Below, piece by piece: positions 19,133 to 26,788 of a DNA stretch of 64,000 nucleotides (position 1 is the first letter of the stretch; the number at the start of each line of letters is the position of its first letter). The notes beneath the pieces are model-generated. The model did not search any database. It had not been told where the DNA came from and saw only the letters and a list, made by a program, of their open reading frames with translations. Source of the DNA: Eubacteriales bacterium. GTDB lineage: Bacteria > Bacillota > Clostridia > Oscillospirales > CAG-272. Made by a program: the position numbers and the translations under genes. The DNA lies in contig JBJDZN010000076.1 in NCBI GenBank assembly GCA_051868045.1, forward strand, positions 71,194-135,193, written 5' to 3'.

Positions 19133-20645
19133 GAAAAAAACGGTGAAAAGCCCCGTCAGACATCCCCACGGTTATAGCGTTCGGGTGAAAATCTTTTCGG
19201 GGTTTCTGATTTTTGTTGTGGTGACGCTCCTGATTCTTCTCCTGTTTCAGGTGGTGCTGCTCCCTTATCTGTACGGAAACATCAAGATTCGTCAGGTGAA
19301 GGAGGGAAGCCGACGGATTGTGGAAGCCGCCAACACCGATGCCTTTTTTACGGTGGGCAAGGAGGTGGCGGAGGAGTATCAGTTTGAGATCGTCCTGATC
19401 AGTGCGGACGCTGCCAGCCGTCTCAAGCTGTCAAATACCGGCTATCCCGAATGCGTGCTGTACGATCTGCCCTATTCCGACTGTCAGCAGATTCTGAATC
19501 TGACGAAGGAAACGGGCGGCGAAGGACTGTTTTCGGTGCGTCAGACCGAATCCCGCCTTGTTTCCGATCAGAATCTGACGGTCCAGGAAGGCGAAGAGGT
19601 CTATGCCATCGAGAATTACGGAGGATTTCTGGGGACAGACGGCGGTAATGTGATCTATACAACGGTGTTTACCACGAATTCGGGCGAATACCTGCTGGCG
19701 GTCAATGCCTATCTGACGCCCATAGGTGCCACGGCACAGACCCTGTCGGTAATCCTGCTTGCCGTTGCCATCCTGATGACGCTTCTGGCACTGATCCTGG
19801 CAAGTTACATTTCGGGAAGAGTTGCGGGACCCATCGTTCGGATTCATGAGAAGGTGGGAACCTTCACCGAGGGCAGATATGAGCCCTGTTTCGATGAAAA
19901 TTCGGGCTATAAAGAGGCAAATGAGCTGTCTGCCACCTTGAATCAGGCGGCAATAGAACTGTCCAAGGTGGAGAACCTGCGCCGTGAGCTGATCGCCAAC
20001 GTGTCTCACGATCTGCGGACACCCCTGACCCTGATTGAAGGGTACAGTGAAATGATGCGGGACATTCCCGGTGAGGCAACGCCGGAAAATCTCAATGTCA
20101 TCATAAACGAGGTGGATCGGCTGAATTCGCTGGTCAGCGATCTGCTGGAAACCTCCCGGATACAGAGCGGAAATGTCAAGCTGCATCCGGAACCGTTCTG
20201 CCTGACCGATGAACTGTCAAAACTGCTGGAAACCTATACTGCCCTGACCAAGCGGGATGGCTATCAGATCAAAGTGGTGGCAGACCGAAAGGTGAATGTC
20301 AATGCCGATCGGTCCCTGATCGTTCGGGCGATTATGAATCTGGTCAACAATGCCATGACCTATACCGGACCCGATCGGTCGGTGGTGATCCGACAGCTTC
20401 TGCGGGATGACTTTGTCCGCATTGAGGTCAGCGACAGTGGGGAGGGTATTGCCCCCGAACAGCTGGATCGGATCTGGGACCGCTATTATAAGGTAGACGC
20501 CGAGCATAAGCGTGCCGCCAAGGGAACGGGACTGGGACTATCCATCGTCAAATCCATCGTAACCATGCACGGCGGAAACTACGGTGTGCGCAGTCGGGTT
20601 GGTCAGGGATCCACTTTTTGGATTGAAATCCCACGGATGACATAA
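19122..20645 (+). CDS. Sensor histidine kinase (two TM helices, HAMP, HisKA, HATPase)
   Basis: H-box SHDLRTPLT, N-box NLVNNAMTYT and G-boxes DSGEGI / GTGLGLSIV. The start is uncertain (TTG 19107 or ATG 19122). Confidence 0.9.
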   Translation: MESKKKTVKSPVRHPHGYSVRVKIFSGFLIFVVVTLLILLLFQVVLLPYLYGNIKIRQVKEGSRRIVEAANTDAFFTVGKEVAEEYQFEIVLISADAASRLKLSNTGYPECVLYDLPYSDCQQILNLTKETGGEGLFSVRQTESRLVSDQNLTVQEGEEVYAIENYGGFLGTDGGNVIYTTVFTTNSGEYLLAVNAYLTPIGATAQTLSVILLAVAILMTLLALILASYISGRVAGPIVRIHEKVGTFTEGRYEPCFDENSGYKEANELSATLNQAAIELSKVENLRRELIANVSHDLRTPLTLIEGYSEMMRDIPGEATPENLNVIINEVDRLNSLVSDLLETSRIQSGNVKLHPEPFCLTDELSKLLETYTALTKRDGYQIKVVADRKVNVNADRSLIVRAIMNLVNNAMTYTGPDRSVVIRQLLRDDFVRIEVSDSGEGIAPEQLDRIWDRYYKVDAEHKRAAKGTGLGLSIVKSIVTMHGGNYGVRSRVGQGSTFWIEIPRMT

Positions 20646-20659
20646 AATCCGTGGGATTT
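20626..20659 (+). terminator. Hairpin spanning the stop codon of the histidine kinase gene
   Basis: 13-bp perfect stem AAATCCCACGGAT/ATCCGTGGGATTT. Confidence 0.55.
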
Positions 20660-20691
20660 CGGTGCAACCTTTGAATTTTTTGGAAAATCCC

Positions 20692-20720
20692 TTGACAAAG
20701 CGGTCAGAATATGTTATACT
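20692..20720 (+). promoter_or_regulatory. SigA-type promoter for the leader of the CNNM genes
   Basis: TTGACA, 17-nt spacer, TATACT with an upstream TGn extension. Confidence 0.65.
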
Positions 20721-20820
20721 GACCGAAATGGACGAACTCAGAGGTGAACATTCTTTTTGGATAACCCGCACTTATGTAGCACGGATCGTTTTTATCAGGT
20801 CATGTAGTGTGATGAAAATT

Positions 20821-20880
20821 CAGGGCAGAGAACTGCAATTGCAAACCGATTGCGTTCGCAGAAGACTGCCCCTGGTTTTT
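20821..20880 (+). terminator. Terminator-like extended hairpin inside the leader of the CNNM genes
   Basis: CAGGGCAG...CTGCCCCTG followed by GTTTTT, 39 nt before the ATG. Confidence 0.5.
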
Positions 20881-20918
20881 CGTCGCACTTTTTTGTATTT
20901 TTAAGGAGTTGAAATCAT

Positions 20919-21920
20919 ATGGACGGCGACGGTACCGGTCGATTGTATCTGATACTTGTCTTACTTATTCTTTCGGGACTGATGTCTGCACTGGAAACGG
21001 CTTATTCCTACTGCAACAAAATCCGCATCCGACAGCTTGCGGAAAGCGGAAACAAGCGAGCCATCCGCACCGAGAAGATTCTCGACGGATTTGATGATGC
21101 CCTGGTTGCCATTCTGATCGGAAACAACCTGTTCAATACCTTGGCGGCATCTACCTGCACCCTGCTCTGTATTGATCTGTGGGGTGACAGCGGTTCGGTG
21201 ATCTCCACCATTGTGATCACCGTACTGGTGTATATTCTGGCAGAAACCCTGCCCAAAAACATTTCCAAGGCAAACGCAGAAAGCGTTTCAATGTTCTTTT
21301 CCGGACCCTTCGGGATTTATATGAAGATCATGAAGCCCATCACCCTGCTTTTCACCATGGGAACGGGACTGCTCAAAAAGCTGATCAGCCATAAAGTGGA
21401 TACTCCCATCTACACCGAGGACGAGTTTGAAGACATCGTGGACAATGTCGGTGAAGAGGGGGTACTGGAGCCGGAGGAAACCGAAATTGTCCGGAACACC
21501 CTGGATTTTTGCGATACCAAGGTGACCGAGATTCTCTGCCCTCCGGAACGCATTCTGTCGGTGTCTCTGGATATTGACAGAGAGGAACTGAACCAAAAAC
21601 TGCTGGATTGCGATTATTCCCGACTGCCTGTATGCAGTGAGGAAGGCGGTTATACCGATTTTCTGCGGGTCAACGATTATCTGATTGCCCGCCTGAGCGA
21701 TCCGACGGTGGACCCGAAGGACTTTTTGTCGGCACTGATCTATGTTTCGCCCGATACCCGGATCTCCACCGCATTTGAGGAAATGAAGACGAAAAAATGC
21801 CACATGGCGGTGGTTCGCGGTGAGGACCGTCAGGTTCTGGGACTGGTCACCATGGAGGACATATTGGAGGAGATCGTCGGCGATATTCCCGTCTCGGCAC
21901 CTCAGGAGGTGAAGACATGA
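20919..21920 (+). CDS. CNNM/DUF21-CBS membrane protein (hemolysin-family, lacks the CorC_HlyC domain)
   Basis: N-terminal DUF21 TM region (SALETAYS), then a CBS pair. Only 333 aa. Confidence 0.8.
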   Translation: MDGDGTGRLYLILVLLILSGLMSALETAYSYCNKIRIRQLAESGNKRAIRTEKILDGFDDALVAILIGNNLFNTLAASTCTLLCIDLWGDSGSVISTIVITVLVYILAETLPKNISKANAESVSMFFSGPFGIYMKIMKPITLLFTMGTGLLKKLISHKVDTPIYTEDEFEDIVDNVGEEGVLEPEETEIVRNTLDFCDTKVTEILCPPERILSVSLDIDREELNQKLLDCDYSRLPVCSEEGGYTDFLRVNDYLIARLSDPTVDPKDFLSALIYVSPDTRISTAFEEMKTKKCHMAVVRGEDRQVLGLVTMEDILEEIVGDIPVSAPQEVKT

Positions 21921-23191
21921 AAATCACCCTTGAAATTCTCCTGATTCTGGCATTGCTGGGCTTTTCCGCCTTCTTCTCCGGGTCAGAAATCACCCTTGCC
22001 TATGCCAATAAGATCCGAATCAAAAAGGCGGCGGAGGAGGGAAATCGGCGGGCGGCGGTGGCGCAGTATATCAGCGACCACTATGCCTCTGCCATTTCGG
22101 CGATTCTGCTGGGCAATAATCTGGTGAATCTGTCCACTTCAACCCTTGCTACCCTGATTGCGGCATCGCTGATCGCTTCCGAGGGACTGGCGCAGACGGT
22201 TGCAACCGTGACGGTTACCGTGCTGCTGCTGATTTTCGGGGAAATCATTCCGAAGGTTATCGGAATGGAGTTCTGCGATAAGCTGGTACTGGCGGTGGCA
22301 CGCCCTATGCGGATCTTCATGAAGCTGTGTTATCCCGTAATCCGACCGATGGAACTGCTGCTGGATAAAATGTCGGTGCTGTGGACGCCGAAATCCAATG
22401 CTCCCACCGTTACGGCTGAGGAGCTTGTGACCATTGTGGACGAGATGGAGGAGGAAGGCGGCTTTACCGAGGAAGAGGGCAATCTGATCCGTTCTGCGAT
22501 TGAGTTCAATGAACTGACCGCCAAGGACATTCTGACTCCCCGTGTGGACATCCTTGCCTATGATCTGGAGGATGACATCGGGAAGCTGATTTCCGATAAG
22601 GATTTGCTGTCCTATTCCCGATTCCCGGTCTATGAGGGTTCCATGGATAAAATCGTCGGCATCCTGTCCACCAGAGAGTTTGTCCGTGCCTACCTGACCA
22701 AGGGAAAGGACGTGGATGTACGATCCCTGCTGACCCCGCCCATGTATGTGCATATGACCCGGGATATTTCGTCGATTCTGCCTGAAATGCGGGAAAACGG
22801 CTGCGAAATGGCAGTGGTTCTGGACGAATTCGGCGGAACGCTGGGCATTCTGACTGCCGAAGACATTGTGGAGCAGATCGTCGGAGAAATCTTTGACGAG
22901 GGCGACGAGGTGGAGAATGACGTGATCAACCGTGGGAACTATCTGGAGATTGACGGCAGTATGTCAATTCATGAATTCTTCGACCAGATGGAGCTGGACG
23001 AGGAGGAATTCGACAGCGAATACACCACCGTCGGCGGCTTTGTCACCGAAATGCTGGATAAGATTCCCGAGGCAGGGGACAGCTTTGAATATGAAAATCT
23101 CACCGTCCATGTGACCGAGGTCAAGGATAACCGGGTGGAGAAAATTCTCGTCAAGGTCGGCGAAAAGCCCGATCCTGATAAAGAGAAATAA
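21917..23191 (+). CDS. CNNM/DUF21-CBS-CorC_HlyC membrane protein (putative divalent-cation efflux)
   Basis: ATGA overlap with the previous gene. DUF21, a CBS pair and a C-terminal CorC/HlyC-like domain (TVGGFVTEMLDKIPEAGDSFEYENLTVHVTEV). Confidence 0.8.
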   Translation: MKITLEILLILALLGFSAFFSGSEITLAYANKIRIKKAAEEGNRRAAVAQYISDHYASAISAILLGNNLVNLSTSTLATLIAASLIASEGLAQTVATVTVTVLLLIFGEIIPKVIGMEFCDKLVLAVARPMRIFMKLCYPVIRPMELLLDKMSVLWTPKSNAPTVTAEELVTIVDEMEEEGGFTEEEGNLIRSAIEFNELTAKDILTPRVDILAYDLEDDIGKLISDKDLLSYSRFPVYEGSMDKIVGILSTREFVRAYLTKGKDVDVRSLLTPPMYVHMTRDISSILPEMRENGCEMAVVLDEFGGTLGILTAEDIVEQIVGEIFDEGDEVENDVINRGNYLEIDGSMSIHEFFDQMELDEEEFDSEYTTVGGFVTEMLDKIPEAGDSFEYENLTVHVTEVKDNRVEKILVKVGEKPDPDKEK

Positions 23192-23219
23192 ACGGATGGA
23201 AAAGTCCGTTGATAAAAAG

Positions 23220-23256
23220 GGGAGGAAACCGTGTCTGTCGGTTTCCTCCCTTTTTT
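23220..23256. terminator. Bidirectional terminator between the CNNM operon and the PPTase gene
   Basis: 12-bp stem GGGAGGAAACCG/CGGTTTCCTCCC with a T-run downstream and an A-run upstream. Confidence 0.85.
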
Positions 23257-23345
23257 GTTGTCCTTTTATCGCCCGTGAATCATCTGAATCACGGTTTGAG
23301 GGGTGTCCCTCCTCCGGATCACGATAGCCGTTGCATTTTTCCGAT

Positions 23346-23819
23346 CTATATCCACTCCACACAAATTTCTCCGATTTTCTCGGCGCATACGGTCAGAATG
23401 TACGATCCCAAATCGTAGCTTTTGCATTCGTGGGACCGCTCCGGCAGGACAATCGGGATTCCGCAGCCCAGATACTTCCCGTATGCCTCGAATTCGGTCC
23501 AAAGGCGGGTGCAGATGCGGGGGTCGCTTTCGTGACTGCCCAGATACCGAACCATAACCGCCGGTGAGATGGGACGCACTGCCTGCAAATCCAGCCCGAT
23601 TTCGGCATTGGACAGCCCGACGGCGACGGCACCCGGGGTGTGGGACAGGCTGAAGTACAGCTCATTTCCCGCAAAATAGGGCTTGTTGTAGGCGTTTTTG
23701 ACGATTTCCGGCAGGGAAGAAAAGCCGAGCTGCTCCAGTCGCTCTCTGAGCAGTCTATGGGCGATTTTCGACAGTTCCTTGGCGGACGCATCGGTTTTTC
23801 TCAGATAAATCGTGATCAT
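23346..23819 (-). CDS. Short Sfp-type 4'-phosphopantetheinyl transferase-like protein
   Basis: KPYF...FSLSHT, GLDLQ and WTEFEAYGK resemble the PPTase motifs. Only 157 aa. Confidence 0.65.
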   Translation of the reverse strand: MITIYLRKTDASAKELSKIAHRLLRERLEQLGFSSLPEIVKNAYNKPYFAGNELYFSLSHTPGAVAVGLSNAEIGLDLQAVRPISPAVMVRYLGSHESDPRICTRLWTEFEAYGKYLGCGIPIVLPERSHECKSYDLGSYILTVCAEKIGEICVEWI

Positions 23820-23875
23820 AACGGGGTCCTCCGCTTAATGGGGATGTCTTTTTTCTCCCGACTGTCAGGGCGATT

Positions 23876-24829
23876 TTAACCTCTCTTTGATTGTGCCCGA
23901 TCCCGGCGGGGATTGCCGCCAAACATGGCGGGGGCAGTCAGTCTGTCGATCAGGGGCGTCAATGCCGACATCAGAAGAATGGCGGGATAGATACCGTCAA
24001 AGCCCAGATAGGCGCGCAAGAGCAGGGCAAGAGCTCCGATCAGTCCGCCATAGATCAGTTTTCCGAGGAGGGTCAAGGGGGTGTAGATACTTTCGGATGC
24101 CACGAAGATGGCTCCGAAAATCAGTCCGCCACTGAAAATCTGCCCGATAATGTAGATGTTGTAGGCGATGGCGGAGGGGGTGCAAAGAATGGCAACACCG
24201 CCGGCGGCAGCGATTACGGCAAGGGGGACCTCCCATGAAAGGTGCCGACGGAGGATCAGATACAGTCCGCCGATCAGAAGAAGCAGACCGGATACCTCGC
24301 CGATTCCGCCGGGAACCCGCCCAAGGATCAGATCCTGAAGGGATTCCTCGGGACTGACTCCCGCCATCAGCTGATCCAGCGGAGTCCGGATGTGTTCCCC
24401 GTCGGTAAGGGCGGCGGGCAGCGTAAAGCCTGCGGAAACCAGCATGGCGAGACTGCACCCGGCGGCGGTGGGGGATGCAATCCCGGCAAGCAGTCGGCGG
24501 AAGAGAATGACGGCGGTAAAATCGGCAAGGAAAAGAAGCCACAGTGCCACGTTGACAGGCATGGCAAAGGCAATCAGCAGTCCCATCAGGGGGGCGAGAA
24601 GATCGGGTCTGATTTTCTTCCTGCGATTTGTCAGAAAGAAAATGAACTGATAGATGAAATCCAGAAGCAGGGAGAATCCCGCCGAGATGACGGCGAGAAT
24701 CAAACTGCGCAGTCCGAATTGACAGAATGCCCAAAGGGCGGCGGGAATCAGGGCGATAAAGGTTTCGACTCTGACGGTTTTGCAGTCCGTCTCCCCGTGA
24801 AGGAAGGGATGGGTGAGAGAACTATTCAT
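23876..24829 (-). CDS. RnfD/NqrB-family membrane protein, diverged
   Basis: Polytopic. GGIGEVSGLLLLIGGLYLILRR and LTPLIDR are family-like, but several conserved positions differ. Confidence 0.65.
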   Translation of the reverse strand: MNSSLTHPFLHGETDCKTVRVETFIALIPAALWAFCQFGLRSLILAVISAGFSLLLDFIYQFIFFLTNRRKKIRPDLLAPLMGLLIAFAMPVNVALWLLFLADFTAVILFRRLLAGIASPTAAGCSLAMLVSAGFTLPAALTDGEHIRTPLDQLMAGVSPEESLQDLILGRVPGGIGEVSGLLLLIGGLYLILRRHLSWEVPLAVIAAAGGVAILCTPSAIAYNIYIIGQIFSGGLIFGAIFVASESIYTPLTLLGKLIYGGLIGALALLLRAYLGFDGIYPAILLMSALTPLIDRLTAPAMFGGNPRRDRAQSKRG

Positions 24830-26222
24830 GTTTTTCCGCCTCCTTGCTGCTCGGATCGGTTTTGAGATATTCGCCTTTCAACTGCTGCATCCTGTCCCGA
24901 AGGGGCAGCCCGGCGGGGCAGACATAGGAACAGCATCCGCATCCGATGCAGCCGATACTGTTCAGCTTTTGACGGGGATCCGATCGGTATGCTTCAAAGA
25001 TACGCCCGAGCGGACTGTCCGCATCTGAGTCGGTAGCCAGGATCCGCTTAGGGGACAGGTACATGGGGCAAACCGCAAAGCAACGGTTACAGCCGATACA
25101 GGCGGTGGGGGTTCGCTTCGCCGTCTTCTCAATCAGTGTCAGCGAGCGGGTATAGGGCGTGACAAAGTCCTCTCTGTCGACCTGATGTCCGTCCATGAGT
25201 CCGTTTTCAATCAGAATGCCCGATTTGCCTGCACAGCATTGCTCAAGCAGATCGGAAATGCGGGTTCCCACCGGCGTCCACAGACAACCGGGATCGCCGA
25301 TCAAGGGACCGTCTACACAGACCAAAGTATGGGTAAAAGGTTTGTTCAAGAGGAACAGATCGCTGATTGCTGCCGCCTCGATAGGGGACAGAATCAGAAT
25401 CCCCGCCTCTTCAGGTGTCTTTTGATAGGATAGTTCCCGTCCGGTCAGCAGGGAATAGACCAGCCGTTCCCGATTTGCGGGATAGGCAGGCAGAATTCGC
25501 TGAATCCGTATCTTGCCGGAAAAACTGCCGATTGCCTTGTGGAGTCCCTTTTCGCCTTTTCCCCGCAGAGGCAGCAGGATTCGTCCCGTTCCCGCACCGA
25601 GAACGCTCATCAGAATTTTCAGGGCATTTACCAGCTTGTCGGGATGATGTCCGACGAGGGTGGAAGAAGCGTGCATATAGGGTTGGCAGTCAAATGCGGC
25701 GATGGCAATCTGATAGACCCGCCCCTCTGAACGGGACAGCTTGGCGGCAAGCGGTTCCCTCGACTCATCGCAGGGGATGGCGGCATCCCTGACGGCTTGA
25801 ATCAGATCGGCGGGTGACAGTTCCAGCACACCCTTTCCCTCCGGTGCGCCGAAATAACGTTGCGTTTCGACCTCACCGTCGTTGTCGGTATCGGCGGCAT
25901 CTGCATGAATGGAGATCGCCGAACCGTCCGAGTGGACGGTCCCCGTGATGGGAGACAGGACGGGAAGGTCGCCGATGGCACCGATGGGATCCCCAATCCG
26001 GACCCGGGCACCGTCCGGTAAGGTGTGGGTTCCCCAGCCGATTGAAAAGGATTTTGAAAGAGAATAGACGGGCAATGAATTTTTTGTGGCGGATATGGGC
26101 AGGATAATTCCTCCCCGGATATTGCGACGCAAAAGAATCGCCTCCAAAGTACCGTTGATTTTTTCTTCCCGAAGGGGAAAAGTTCTGTCATCTATTATAG
26201 CGCAGACGGAATCGAAAATCAA
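24822..26222 (-). CDS. RnfC-like iron-sulfur protein, diverged
   Basis: N-terminal barrel-sandwich-like region and two 4Fe-4S motifs (CIGCNRCFAVCP, CIGCGCCSYVCP). The only available start is TTG, with no clear SD. Confidence 0.65.
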   Translation of the reverse strand: MIFDSVCAIIDDRTFPLREEKINGTLEAILLRRNIRGGIILPISATKNSLPVYSLSKSFSIGWGTHTLPDGARVRIGDPIGAIGDLPVLSPITGTVHSDGSAISIHADAADTDNDGEVETQRYFGAPEGKGVLELSPADLIQAVRDAAIPCDESREPLAAKLSRSEGRVYQIAIAAFDCQPYMHASSTLVGHHPDKLVNALKILMSVLGAGTGRILLPLRGKGEKGLHKAIGSFSGKIRIQRILPAYPANRERLVYSLLTGRELSYQKTPEEAGILILSPIEAAAISDLFLLNKPFTHTLVCVDGPLIGDPGCLWTPVGTRISDLLEQCCAGKSGILIENGLMDGHQVDREDFVTPYTRSLTLIEKTAKRTPTACIGCNRCFAVCPMYLSPKRILATDSDADSPLGRIFEAYRSDPRQKLNSIGCIGCGCCSYVCPAGLPLRDRMQQLKGEYLKTDPSSKEAEKHE

Positions 26223-26285
26223 GGACTATTCGATGAACAAATTCAAATTCGCTCAATTTTTTTTGCAAAAAATTTCAAAAAAGAC

Positions 26286-26314
26286 TTGACAAGTCAAAAC
26301 GAATGTGCTATAAT
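26286..26314 (+). promoter_or_regulatory. SigA-type promoter for the tRNA-Met/tRNA-Glu pair
   Basis: TTGACA, 17-nt spacer, TATAAT, about 40 nt before tRNA-Met. Confidence 0.7.
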
Positions 26315-26355
26315 GGTCAAGCGTCGAACGTGGAAGGCTCCATGCAGACGAATAT

Positions 26356-26432
26356 GGCGGAATAGCTCAGCTGGCTAGAGCGCTCGGTTCATACCCGAAT
26401 GGTCGTTGGTTCAAGTCCGACTTCCGCTACCA
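26356..26432 (+). tRNA. tRNA-Met (anticodon CAT), elongator type
   Basis: Cloverleaf folded by hand: acceptor GGCGGAA/TTCCGCT, D arm GCTCAGCTGGCTAGAGC, anticodon loop TTCATAC, T arm GGTTCAAGTCC, encoded CCA. Confidence 0.9.
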
Positions 26433-26435
26433 TAT

Positions 26436-26510
26436 GGCCCGTTGGTCAAGCGGTTAAGACACGGCCCTTTCACGGCTGTAACATGGGTTCGATTCCCGTA
26501 CGGGTCACCA
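26436..26510 (+). tRNA. tRNA-Glu (anticodon TTC)
   Basis: Acceptor GGCCCGT/ACGGGTC, anticodon loop CTTTCAC, T arm GGGTTCGATTCCC, encoded CCA. It lies 3 nt after tRNA-Met. Confidence 0.9.
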
Positions 26511-26541
26511 ATTTATGTGCCGCCGGTGGCGAACCAGAAAC

Positions 26542-26574
26542 TTTGCCTCCCCCTTTTAATGGGGGAGGCAAAGT
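26542..26574 (+). terminator. Strong hairpin after tRNA-Glu (terminator or processing element)
   Basis: 13-bp stem CTTTGCCTCCCCC/GGGGGAGGCAAAG with no clear U-tail. Confidence 0.5.
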
Positions 26575-26788
26575 GCATATACGGGGAATTATTTGCTCGA
26601 AAGGTGTCGGAATCCGTCATTTTATGAATATATCGTGAACATTTCGAACCTTCCGTAAATTCTCATTTTTTTTGAAAATTGGCTGGCATTTTTCATGATT
26701 TTGTGATACAATAAGATTAACAAGCATTTATAGATATGGGAATCCGCTTTATCGGTGGATTCCCACCAAAATACAGGAGGTAAAATTC

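Noticed and set aside
20720-20880. An M-box (Mg2+) or yybP-ykoY (Mn2+) riboswitch upstream of the CNNM genes.
   Set aside because: I could not find the conserved M-box blocks or the yybP-ykoY core by eye, so no known class is claimed. The region is retained only as an unclassified leader.
20662-20904. An 80-aa ORF filling the gap before the CNNM genes.
   Set aside because: It begins upstream of the predicted promoter -35 and runs through the terminator hairpin. It has no SD and an implausible composition. The region is better explained as a non-coding leader.
26399-26638. Two ORFs of 73-79 aa overlapping the tRNA genes.
   Set aside because: They are translations of tRNA and terminator sequence. 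The tRNA cloverleaves explain the region.
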